Part shown: positions 51,873 through 63,013 of the stretch, piece by piece
Layout of the letters: each line of letters opens with the position of its first letter
Numbering within the stretch: position 1 is the first letter of the stretch
NCBI GenBank assembly: GCA_001643675.2
Contig: LSRY02000032.1
Coordinates: 62,001-126,000 of the forward strand
Length of the DNA stretch: 64,000 nt
Source of the DNA: Monocercomonoides exilis PA203
Lineage: Eukaryota > Protista > Preaxostyla
Direction of reading: 5' to 3'
The notes under the pieces: model-generated
What the model was told of the DNA's origin: nothing
Seen by the model: only the letters and a program-made list of their open reading frames with translations
The model's database searches: none
Made by a program: the position numbers and the translations under genes

Positions 51873-53608
51873 TTCCTGTTTCTGTCTGTTCATCTTCTGA
51901 TTTCTCCTTCCTGTGTTTGGAATGTTTGTGCTTTTTCTCTTCTTTTTTGCGGTTGGAAGATGAATTCTTGCGTTTTTGAGCCTTTTCTTCAGATCTGCCT
52001 TCTGATTCATTCTCTTCATCTGTCTCTGGAATGCTATCACTCACCATTCGCTGCCTCGATCGGCTTCGGTTCTTTTTCGATGAATACAATTCATCTTCCT
52101 TTTTATGAATATCTTGAGGCTTATGAAGCTCATTAAGTGGATTATTTTGATCTTCTTTTGCTTGTGCTCCTTTTTTAATTGTTGCTTTCTTCTTCTTCTT
52201 CTTCTTCTTTTTCTTCTTTGGCTTCAGATTTTGCACATCGCACTTCGATGCACCTTTAACCGCTCCTTCTCTTTCATTCATTTTTCGCTCCTCGTCCAAA
52301 CCAGCCAATCCGCTTTCCTGTTCAATCTTTTCTTTCTCTTTCTCTTTCTCTTTCACTGGAGAATGTGCAAGTGTCACAGTCCCCTGCGGTTCCTGCTCAG
52401 CGGCCATCCAAGTTACACGAGGCGGACACATTGCTAGCGGAAGCACAACTTCCGACATTGGCTCAAGAAACTGCGAAGAACCGAGCGACGTGTGGGAAAT
52501 ATGTTGAAATGACAATGATGGGCTTGTGGATTGGGGTTCGTTAATTGATATCGCTGTATCAGAAGGAGATGTATTAGAAGGTAATGATTGGTGACTTGTG
52601 AAAAGTTGAGGTGAATACTCACGTGTTTGAGGCGAAGGGTAAGACGCTTGCTGCTTTTCTTTTTCAGCAGAAAGTATCTCATCATCGTTTGAGCAAATAT
52701 CATTACAAAATGTGTACGCATCTCTTGTATTTTCTTTATTTTCTGATATGTTTTCTGAATATTTCTTTTTTTCATTTTTTCTGTTGTCTGATGGATATGA
52801 AAAAGAACGCTCTTGTGGCTTTTGATTCGCCTGAGCTATATATTTTTTTGTTAATTCTTCAGCCCTTTTAAGATCCTCATTGTCTGGTTCAAATTCAACT
52901 TCGATTGGTTTCACTACTCTTGGGCAGACAGTGCATTTTGTTCCTGATGCTAAAGGCTCAATTAGATATGGGGATGTTTTTGGAGAATACTTCGCCAAAC
53001 CAGGTTGATGTGCAAGATGAGGTGATGTAGTTTTTAATGAAGGATGTATAGAATCATGAAATGAAGAACTCGAATTCTTTGGTGGAGAACGGTGTAATGA
53101 AGAAGCATGAGAAGTATATAAATCAGGAAAGTGATATGGTTGAGTAAATCCATCAAGGGCCCTTGCTTTTCCCTTCTTTTTCTTTCTGCTCTTTGGAAAG
53201 CAAGGCTCTTCTGTTGTAGGTAGCGTCTGCGTTTGACGTGAGTCTTGAGCAGCCCATGAAACTTTCAATGTTGGAAATGAATGTGATTCTTGTGAAATTC
53301 CTCCTTTATGCAAGTCAAATCTTTATTGATAATAAATATATATATATATAAAAATAGAGAGCATATTTCGTCTCAAATGATTAAAACTATTTTTCAAAAA
53401 ATTCACAAACATAGATGCAAAAGCATTTTCTGGCTTCTTTTAAAAATAAAACAAAATAACATTTTAAAGGAAGGTGTAAGATAAAAAGAAAAACCAAGTG
53501 GGGGGCATTTTCGAGTGGATTTGAAGCATTTCCAGAATTCTTTTTGTCCAAAGTTTCAAGTCTGTATCTTGTGTCTGCGACGAATCTAAAATCAACAGCA
53601 TATTTCAT
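47551..53608 (-). CDS. Large intrinsically disordered low-complexity protein (~1970 aa; Ser-, Lys-, Glu- and His-rich)
   Basis: A 1920-codon ORF. Probable 5' exons from ATG 53608 and a micro-exon (KPENAFASI) splice in frame at acceptor 53321. Contains poly-K, poly-H and poly-E tracts. Confidence 0.75.
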
Positions 53609-53858
53609 AGCACATATTTAATAAGAGATATAACAAAATATAGAATTAATACTGATTAAAACTCATCTTCAATTTTTGAATTCCACTTGAAAATTTGATA
53701 TGGTTCTAATTGAACAATTATTCTTTAATATTCGTGCACTCATAAAATAATAGGTAAGCTAAGAAATGCCAACTATTTTTAAATTAAAAAGCAAAAATTC
53801 AACTTTTTTTAAAAAAGATAACAAAAAATATTTTTTATATTTTTAAAAAAATAATTGC

Positions 53859-56800
53859 TTAATAATATGGATAGTAACCTGATGGGCCGGTGTACAATGA
53901 ATGGCCTTTTCGTTCTGATTCCTTCTTTTCTTCTGCATCTATGCATGTTGTCTTTTCAATCTCATCCAAATCTGATGCATTTAACCAATTGGCTGCATCA
54001 GCTAGATCAGAACCATCAAGTGCACTTTTTTCTGTTTTCTGCAAATCTTCAGATTGATCTGAAATGTTTTCAAAGCCAACAGCTGTTCTTCTCATCCCCT
54101 GTTCTTTCTTCTCTTTCCTCATCACATTTTCCCATCTTTCGCCTTCTTTGATTGCCTCCAGCAGCATATTTAATGACCATGGCACGCCCCTCCGCTTGTA
54201 GAAAAGGATGTAAGCATCAGGAATAACCACTTTAGACAGCGAACTGATAGAATTTGGAGAGGAAAGCGGAGGAGGAGTGGAAGAAGAAAGAGAAGAAGGA
54301 GAAGGAGGAGGAGGAGAAGAAGAAGAAGATGATGATGATGACAATGATGATGAAGAAGAAGAATTAGAATAAGAAGAATAAGAAGAATAAGAAGAATAAG
54401 AAGAATAAGAAGAATAGCTTCCATATGCATTATCCATCTCCACCGCACTCGAGTCATTAAATGATATCCATTTTCCTGTTGTCACATTGAAGCCGTATGC
54501 TGTGTAATGCCCGCCGTATGTGGAGCCACTGTGAATAGAGACAGCATACAGGTCATACAAGGCGGGGGAATAAAGAGGAGGAGAAAGAGGAGGAGGAGGA
54601 GAAGAAGAAGAGGAAGAGGAAGAGGAAGAAGAGGAAGAAGAAGAAGATGATGATGATGATTGAGACGAAAAAGAGTGCAATTTGCTTGTATCGCTGCAAT
54701 TTGACACGTCCTTAACGTTGTTGATTGAAGGAGTCCAATGAAGATCTGACATGTCTTCATACATCTGAATCAGCACCTTTCTAATCTCTTCTTCGCTCCT
54801 CCCTTCCCTCTCCATCTTCTCCCGCATCTCAGCCAGCATTTTTTTCTTCTCTTCCATCAGCTCTGCTTCGTTATCTTCTTCTTTTTCTTGTGATTCATCT
54901 ATGAATCCATATGGATCTTTCTCTTTCTCTTTCTCTTTCTCTTTCTCTTCCCTCACATTCCCATCATCCTCTTTGATTTGACTCTCTTCCTCCATTCTCC
55001 CCCACTCTCTTCCTTTCTCCTCCATCATCTTCAACTCCTTCCTCTTCTTCTTCACTGCCCTTTCAATCATCTTCACTCTTTCCTCCACAGACGCATACCT
55101 CATCTGCACAATCTCCATCATCTTCTCCCTTTCTCTCTCTCCGCATTTCTCATAACCCCTCAAATCAAGTCCATTCACTGGATAATCCACAAACAAATCC
55201 AGTTTCGAAGAAGAATAAACCGAACGCCCGATCGAAAACCGCTTCAGCTGCAGCACAAGAATTGGGGGAAATCTCCATATCTCCATCGTCTTCATCGCCT
55301 TCTTGTGCTCTTTGCAGTTGCGGCAGTACCACATGTTGTCTTCATCCAACTCCTTCCGTGTGGTAAACAAATCAAAACAGTCATATATCGAAGCTTTCTT
55401 CTTCTTATTCTTCTTCATCTGTGCTTCTTTATCACTATACAACATCACGTTTTCCTCCTCTTTCTTCTGTGCAAGATGCTCCTTCTTCGTCGTATGCGGC
55501 ACAAGATCCACAGCTTTCTCCCAGTCTACACACTCCGGGCAGATCCACACAACAGTCAGCTGATCGTCATATCTTAGCAACTCCCTCACATTGCCTTCCT
55601 TAGCCCTCCCAACTTCCCTGGGACTTCTTTGTGTGTCCAGCTTCCCAACAACAAGACGATATGGAGTGAGGGCACGTGAGGGTAAAGGTAAAGATTGCAT
55701 CCACTTCATTTGCTGCTCATAATCACTAAAACGTAATTTCGGTGTGGATCTTGTGGAGTCTGTGGTTTTGATTCCTGTTAGTGAAGAATATTGTGTTTCT
55801 GTTGATGTTGATGTTGATATTGCATCAGAATCTGAAGACAATGAAAACTTTGCATCATTTTGCTTTCTCCATTCTTCTTCAGTCAACACACTTAGCCCCA
55901 ATCGTATTCTTTCTTTGTTCTCCTCCTTCAGTTTTTCTCTCATTTTACTTTCTTCCTCTCTTTTCTTCCTCTCTTCTCTGCTCCATTTGTTCTCTTCCTC
56001 TTCCCTCTCATTCACCAGATAGTTGTTCATGTACTGGATAAACCACGGATTCTGCCTCCCTTCCATCTTCTTCTCTGAAAACACTGTTTGTGAAATGGTT
56101 TCCTTCTCAAAGCATCCACCTTCCCCTAAAAATGGCTCAACAAACTTCCGTTTAACCTTCTTTTCTTCTTCTTCTTCTTTTTCTTCCATCTTCTTTGCAT
56201 CTAATTCGATTTTCCTCTCCTTTCCAATATCAGGAAACGCTTCCCTTTCTCTTTCTCCTTCTCCTTCTCCCTCTTCTCTCCCCTTCCTCTCCCACTCCTC
56301 CACCTTCCTCCTCTCCTCGCTCTCCATCCACATCTTCAGCATCACCGGGTCCATCTGCCTCTTCAGCCGCTCCCACACCACACGCTGCAGATCATACTCA
56401 CTCATATGATTCAATCGCACACTCGTCATAAAAGGCATAGCACATGGTGTGGTGGCGTATGGGAAAACAGAAGTTGAGTATGCAGTTCTGGCTGCGTCTT
56501 CTTTCTTCGCTGTCACATTCATCACTTTCATGTTGACAATATCCTCCTCTTCTTCCTTCGCCTTCTCCTCTGCTTTTTTCCGTTTTGCTTCTTCTTCCTT
56601 TTCTGTGGTTGTGTGTTTCCAGGAGTTCTGACTCTGCCAGTAGAACGAGGAAGAAGAGGAAGAAGAAGAATAAGAAGAGGAATAAGAAGAATAAGAAGAA
56701 GACGATCCGTATGTCTTCACATAGTTCCCCGGCGCGTCCACCTCAAACACTGTCAGTCTGTTCTGATACAACCCATTCAGCTCCTGTTTTGCGTCATATA

Positions 56801-59387
56801 CTTTGAAGATGTACCCAAACGCCATATCACATCCAACCATCGGTACTTCCTCGCTTCCTTGTCCGTTCTTTTTCCTTTTCCTTTTCTCTTTCTCTTTCTC
56901 TTTTCCTTCACCTTTCTCTTTCTCTTTCTCCTTTCCGACTGCACAAGAATTTCCTATGCTGCTTCCCCTTTGTCCGTTCCCTCTCCTCTTCAGCTGCAGA
57001 GTGTTGTGCAGAATGCGGAACACATCTCCAACAGTCGCAAACTTCGAGACAGTCAGAACAAGATCTATGCATCGCGTGTAGAAAGGCGTCGAAAACGCAC
57101 ACAGCACCTCTGAAGAACGAGAAAAGACATCATTCTGTTTGTCTCTGATTGTGCTGGAAGATGATGCTTTATTTTTCTGACTTTTGAATTTTTGTTCATT
57201 AGTATTATTACCTGCATCGCATTCTTCTTCTTCCTCTTCTTCCTCTTCCCCAAACCATTTCCCCCCTACTCTCCTTTCCAGCTCCTGTGTGCCCGGGTTC
57301 AAGGGCACATACACCACAAACACCTCAATCGTGTTTTCCTCTGGGAGCGGCAGCGGAATCACTGAAAAAGGGTCATATCTGATGCTTTCTCTGTCGCAGT
57401 CTGGGCATTTCACACAGGAGCGAAAGAGGCCGTGGAACAAGTCCACAACCACAGAGCGGTTGCGCAGCTTGTGCCGCCTCCACATCATCTGTGCCTCGCT
57501 TGTGTCGTCCAGCAGATGGTCGTCGCTCATTTCGGTGTAGGGCTTGTGGCGGATGCGGTTCAGGTCTTCGTGCTGCGGTTGTGGTGGTTGGGGATGTTGA
57601 GGTTTGGAAGAGGAAAAGGGAGGGAATAAAAATGGAAATGGGGAGGAAAAAAAATGGAGGGTGAAGTTTAGAGAATAAATTGATGAAAAAATGAAAAAAA
57701 GAAAAGAAAAGAAAAGAAAATTGTATTGTTATTAAATAAAAATGACTCATTATTATCGACTATTTTCAAAACAAAGAAAATTTTCAAAGCAAAACTGTAA
57801 TCTGTTTAAACAAAAACAATTTCAGTTCTGCTTTATTTATTTATTTATTTATTTATTTTCATTCCCCCAAAATTGAACAATTCTCAAATAAAAAAAAAAA
57901 GAAAGAAAGAAAAAAGAAAAAAGAAAAATACAATAATCCATTTAAATATCCATGCAAACACATATAAGCACTTACTCATCATCATTCATCAACACTCATT
58001 CTCCCTCATACACTCATACTCACAGATACATTCACACACAAACACATTAAATACACAAAATACATTAAAAAACACAAAATTACTCAAAATTACACATATA
58101 CACAAACCAGTCCATCGATCACATAGCTGAGCAGCTCATGTGCATCGTGCTGCTGACAGCCCTTAAACTGCGGAGCAAAGTAGCCAATCACTTTCTTCAT
58201 CACCTTCGGAGACACCGAATCACACTTCGCTTTCAGCATCGCTCCTGTTCCACTCCCACTCACACTTCCATTCCCACTCACACTTCCCGAATCACCAATA
58301 GCCCACATCTCCTTCATCAGCCGTGCAAACTGGGCAGCCATCATTCCTTTGCAGCCGATCGGGTTGTGCGTGTTGAGCTCGAACGCAAAGTGGTTCGACA
58401 GGAAATAGGAAACAAGCGGGACACACTGAGACAGGCACTGCAAGCCGCTGTTCATAAAGCACGTGTTTCCGAGGTTATCCAGGCCAACGACCCCCAAAGG
58501 CGATCGAGAACTTCTCGAATATGACGAATAACTCGACGAAAATTTGCTGCTGCTGTAACTTGAAATACTTGAACTCGAAGAAGGTGTCGTTGATATTAAA
58601 CTTGTTCGACTTAATGATGAACCAGAAGTGAGCTGAGATAAATTGGATTTAGGTGCCCAATATGAAGAAAAATTCGATAATTCACGTTTTTTGCCAATTT
58701 CTGAAGATTTAACATCATTAATATACAACGAAACAAAGTATTCATCGTCTTGAAATGTTGAATTTTCAATAACTTCAACTTTTATGATTTGATATTGCTT
58801 TGCTATTTTCACGAGATCTGAAAGTGTCATAAATTTAAATGATTCTTCTTTATCGCTGCATTTATAAAATTTAATGACACTGTCGAAGCCTATTCCAAGT
58901 TCTGTACACACTTTGAATAAAATGTTTCCTTTTGCATCTCGAGGGCGGAATCCAATAAGTTTAGGCTCCTCTTTACGTCCGTTAGCAGTTTTTAATTGAA
59001 ACCAAATATACTTCATTCTTTTTTCAATGGTTTTGTTATCTCCATCTAATACAATTTCTGTTACAAGTTTTGGTCCTCCGCCAAGGGATTTTTGAAGTAA
59101 ATTCCATGTTTTTTCAGAAACTATATTAAAATGCTTCCCAAGGCATTGATCTGAAAAAAGAAACTTTGGCAAAACAAAAATACACTATGCAATTGCATAC
59201 ATTGAAATAGGGAAAAGTTTTCTTTGTTAAACAAAGGCAGATTATCTATTATTTGTACAGATTCACCTTCAATCAGTTCGTCAGCAAGATCTTGAGTAAT
59301 CAAGCAAGCAGTGGATCCTACTTCTTTATTTGATATGCCTATATCGTTTGAAATGGATTCTTTTTCGAGAGGAGATAATTCCGCCAT
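53859..59387 (-). CDS. USP4/11/15-like deubiquitinase (probable degenerate DUSP N-terminus); exons 59387-59201, 59150-58108, 57572-53859
   Basis: GLDNLGNTCFMNSGLQCL, QQHDAHELL..DGL|HEDLNRI, VVDLFHGLFRSCVKCPDC, WYCRNCK, QLKRFS, YDLYAVSIHSGSTYGGHYTAY, WISFNDS and AYILFYKRR. The N-terminal IIDNLPL..VSEKTWNLL..GGP segment is DUSP-like. Confidence 0.93.
54367..54416. repeat. (GAATAAGAA)5 nonamer repeat encoding (SSY)n on the minus strand
   Basis: Direct reading; it translates as SYSSYSSYSSYSSYS in the USP. Confidence 0.88.
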
Positions 59388-59748
59388 CAAAATGAAAAAA
59401 ACAAAATTTTAGGATATTTTCACCTATTTTGTAATGGGCAATCTTCTTGTTTTTGATGTTTGGGTTTTTCATTTCTAAGTTCTTTTGAAATACAAGAGAA
59501 AAACTTTATTTTCATCTCTTTTCAAAACTTTTTGCACCATTTATCTCCAATCAAACGTTTTATCAATTATTACATATGATGATAATGATTTGAAACATGT
59601 GATTTGAATAATTTTTAACAAATTGTGAAAATATAAGTGATTTGCGATGTTTAACATTCAATAATTAAGCCATAATTTGATGACATAGCTTACAAAAAAT
59701 TATTAAAAGTGTTGTTTACAGCAATAATCAAATAAAGCAATTGTCAAC

Positions 59749-62700
59749 TTATATCTGGTAACTAACATTGGGCAATTTAGAATCTGCGCCTTTCAAAACT
59801 TCCTGTGAATGTTGGCTGAGCTTCGCAGCCATCTGGATGGGAAGGGGCATGGAGATCGAGCCAAAGAAGTTGCAGTACATGTAGCAGAGCTGGTGGGTGA
59901 AGTCTTGCAGCTCAGCAGGAGACAGACCGCTCTCGTCAACAGTCACGATGTATCTTGCTGGCAGCACGGTTGTTTGTGGGTTGACAGACTGCGCAATGAT
60001 GAAGAAGTCGTAGAGCTCGTCAGACACAATGTCACTGTCGATGATCGTCCCTGGCTGCGGATTGCGGCCTGAGACATCGAAGAAGCGATGGTTGGTCTTC
60101 TTCTCCACACACAGGAACGCATGGCGGGGCTTGTATTCGTATCCGTCCTGGTCAAACTGGTGGAAAGCATTGAGCAGCTGCGGGTACTCGAGTTTCACAG
60201 ACTTGCTGAGCATGCCTTCACCAAGTCCGTCGTGGTACACAAACACCCAAGTTGGCAGCTTTCTGTTGACGCTGAGGTATTTGTCAAGTGACTCCTTCAT
60301 GAACCTGTCAAAGTTCCTCTCTACAACATCGCTCTTCGGCGGGCACTTCATCGTGCGCTGGTGGAACTGCGTCATGTCGTGGTTGAACGAGGCCACAAAC
60401 GCGGCGGTGCCTTCCTTCATCTGCTTGCCCTTCGATAGGATGATGGACGCCACCATCACACCACCGTCCTCCTTCTCAGGCGACGAGGTCGGAGGAATCA
60501 CACGTGTGAAGGCTGGGCGTGGAATAGACCAGCACACGCCGCCCAGCTTCTGCGTGATCTGCGTCCAGAGGCCAGTGATCATCGACAGCTGCGCTTTCTT
60601 CGCATTGATGGCTGTGACTGCCTGAGATGGGACTGGTTTTTTCACTTCGGTGATGTACTTCAGCTGTCTGTAGCGTTCAGTGTCCTTGTCTGGCAGAATG
60701 AACATCACGAGCTGCACGTTCTTGTACTGCGGGGTGAAGGCCTGGTCGAACTCTTCGCAGAAGTCGCGGGGGCGGCTTCCTCTCAGCTTGATCTCGCGCG
60801 GGCGCTCGATGGTGGTTCTCTGGGCAACACGGCGCATTCCGTCGAGGAGCTTGTCCAGGCAGTACTGGTCGCGGTCGTTGTAGACAACCACCCAGTTGGT
60901 CAGCTGCACGGGGCGAAGAAGAGAGTTCTGCTTTGTGGCATCGCGGAATGATCCTTTGTTTTTAAAAAAGAAAGAAAGAAAGAAAGAAAATGAATGTGAT
61001 GGAGTTGGATTATGGAGAGTTGTTGTCGGTGAAAATAATTGTTCATTACATTTAAAAAATGAACAAATGTTGGAAAGTTTTAGTGAAAAATACATTTAAA
61101 AAAAAGTGGGTTTCGAAAAGTTGAAAATTATTTGGGGGGAAAAAAGCAAGTACGTACCATTTTGAACAGTGACGGTTCTTCCAGCACCCCAGCTAAGTTC
61201 CACTGGTGGAGCCATACGAGCATTGATTTGGATCATCTTCTTCTCTTTCATGGAAATTCCAAGTGTATCCATTTGCTTTTTTTTTTTTAAAGGATAATAA
61301 TTATGACAAGATTTAATCAAATTGAAGATAATGCAAGTTAAAAAAAAAGGATTTAATTGTTAAAAAATAAATCCATATGAAACGAGAATATTAGCAAACA
61401 TTCTAAATTTATATGTTTACAACGATGAATAAATGTTAAACAGCAGCCAGGGCATGCGTTTGAAAGGATATACATGTAAATTCGATGATTACATGCATCA
61501 CAAGAAAATTGGATTAGCATATGAAAAATGAAATAGAAAAACATAAAGAAATAGAAATAACTTCAAAAAATGAATTTGACAGACGGTTGATTCAAAGAGT
61601 GACAGTGTAATTTTGTCGATCATTTCCTTTCTCTGAACAGGTGAAAGTTGATGTGATTCCTTAATTCTCTTCATCATCATGAAATCTCTTCTAACATTGT
61701 CGGGTCTAAACAAATAATTCATAGACATTACAGAAATAAAAAATAAAGATTTTCAATGACGTTTAATCAGAAATAAAAAATGAAGCCATAAACATAACAA
61801 AAATGTTTAATTCATAAAATAACAAAAATGATCCTTTTTAATGCTTTAAAAAGTAATAATATATTTTTTCATTGAAAACATACACTCCAGTAGCATATGC
61901 AACTTGCAGTGGGATCATAGCCAAGCGAGAACCTCCTCTGCCTGATGGTCTGCAAACAAGGATTGGCTGATCGTCCTCCAATCTGATGTTGTATCTATCC
62001 ATATAATACTCTTCCAAACTCTCCTCCTTCACTTCATATTCGCCTTGTGCTTCTCCTTCGACTTCTGGTTTTTTGTCGTCTTTTGGTTGTCCTTCTTCTT
62101 CTTTATGATTCTCGATTTTCACAGAACGCTTGAATTTGTATGTTTTGGGGGTCATGTTTAAAATCATATCCAGCACGATGTACGGGAAGCAACGTTGACC
62201 ATATTTTGTGACAATGCACATCCCTTTTACTTGATTTCTCAGCATTTCTGCTTCTGGTGAATCCAGACGGCATCGTGCTTGCTTCCATTGTTCCAATAAT
62301 GTGTCTGTACGCATGATTGCGTGGGCTTTATCAGCACATAATGTTGGTCCACTTATAGATCTATAAATTACAAATCTCGTTCCATTCCATATTTCCAAGC
62401 GTGTGCCTGCAATAGTTGTTTTATCATTTGGATCCAACATGTCACGCCTTATTTGAACAAATCCTTTTGTTTGCTGAATGTTTCTAATAAATACATTCAA
62501 CCATTGGTATGGGAAATCTGGCATAGATGGCACGTAAACATTAGCAGATTTCACTGTCAATTTATAAACATGAGTTTCATCTTTTCTTTTCCTTGACAAT
62601 TCAACTGTTTTTTCTTCAATAGATTGGCCATAGCTATACAATGCAGTTCCATCAAATACTTAATGCAAATATATATTATCAATCATGAATCGTTTATTAA

Positions 62701-63013
62701 CTAAAATTGCAAACCGCATTGAACTCCTTCGTAATTCTTTTGAATCATTTCATTCATTAAACCTACAAATCAAGTAAATTGTCAAACAAAACATACGTTA
62801 CATTATTTCAAAGGCATTTAAATGCACGTTATTATGCAGACCTTCACGAATTCTTCTTTCTCTTGCGCCATCAAGAGGGGGCTCAAATTGCACAGAATAC
62901 TGATACATTGACATATTCAGATCCAATCTATATGAGTTCGCAATAACGCCAACAGTTCTTGATCCTGGTGTAGGTACATTCTCCAATGGTCTTTTTGCTA
63001 ATTCAGTGGTCAT
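59749..63013 (-). CDS. Piwi-clade Argonaute protein (~812 aa; N-PAZ-MID-PIWI), predicted slicer-inactive; exons 63013-62842, 62762-62715, 62658-61884, 61705-61585, 61275-61158, 60953-59749
   Basis: ANSYRL..YQYSVQFEP, VFDGTALY, PAZ SLEEYYMDRYNIRLEDDQPIL, a Piwi-type linker TGVPDNVRRDFMMMK..LSPVQR, MID YRQLK..PSQ..QKLGG, and PIWI YHDG, NPQPGTIID, DFFII, LCYMYCN. The six exons sum to 2439 nt in one frame. Confidence 0.92.

Noticed and set aside
54300-54420. Regular short repeats considered as a CRISPR-like array
   Set aside because: These are coding micro/minisatellites without unique spacers, in a eukaryotic context with no cas genes.
61372-61522. U6 snRNA-like fragments on the + strand (GAGAATATTAGCA; AAGGATATACATGTAAATTCGATGA; AAAATTGGA)
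   Set aside because: There is no intact ACAGAGA box, the spacing between AGC and the AAGGAT block is far too long, and the fragments are out of order. They are likely chance matches in AT-rich DNA; cmsearch with the U6 model would settle it.
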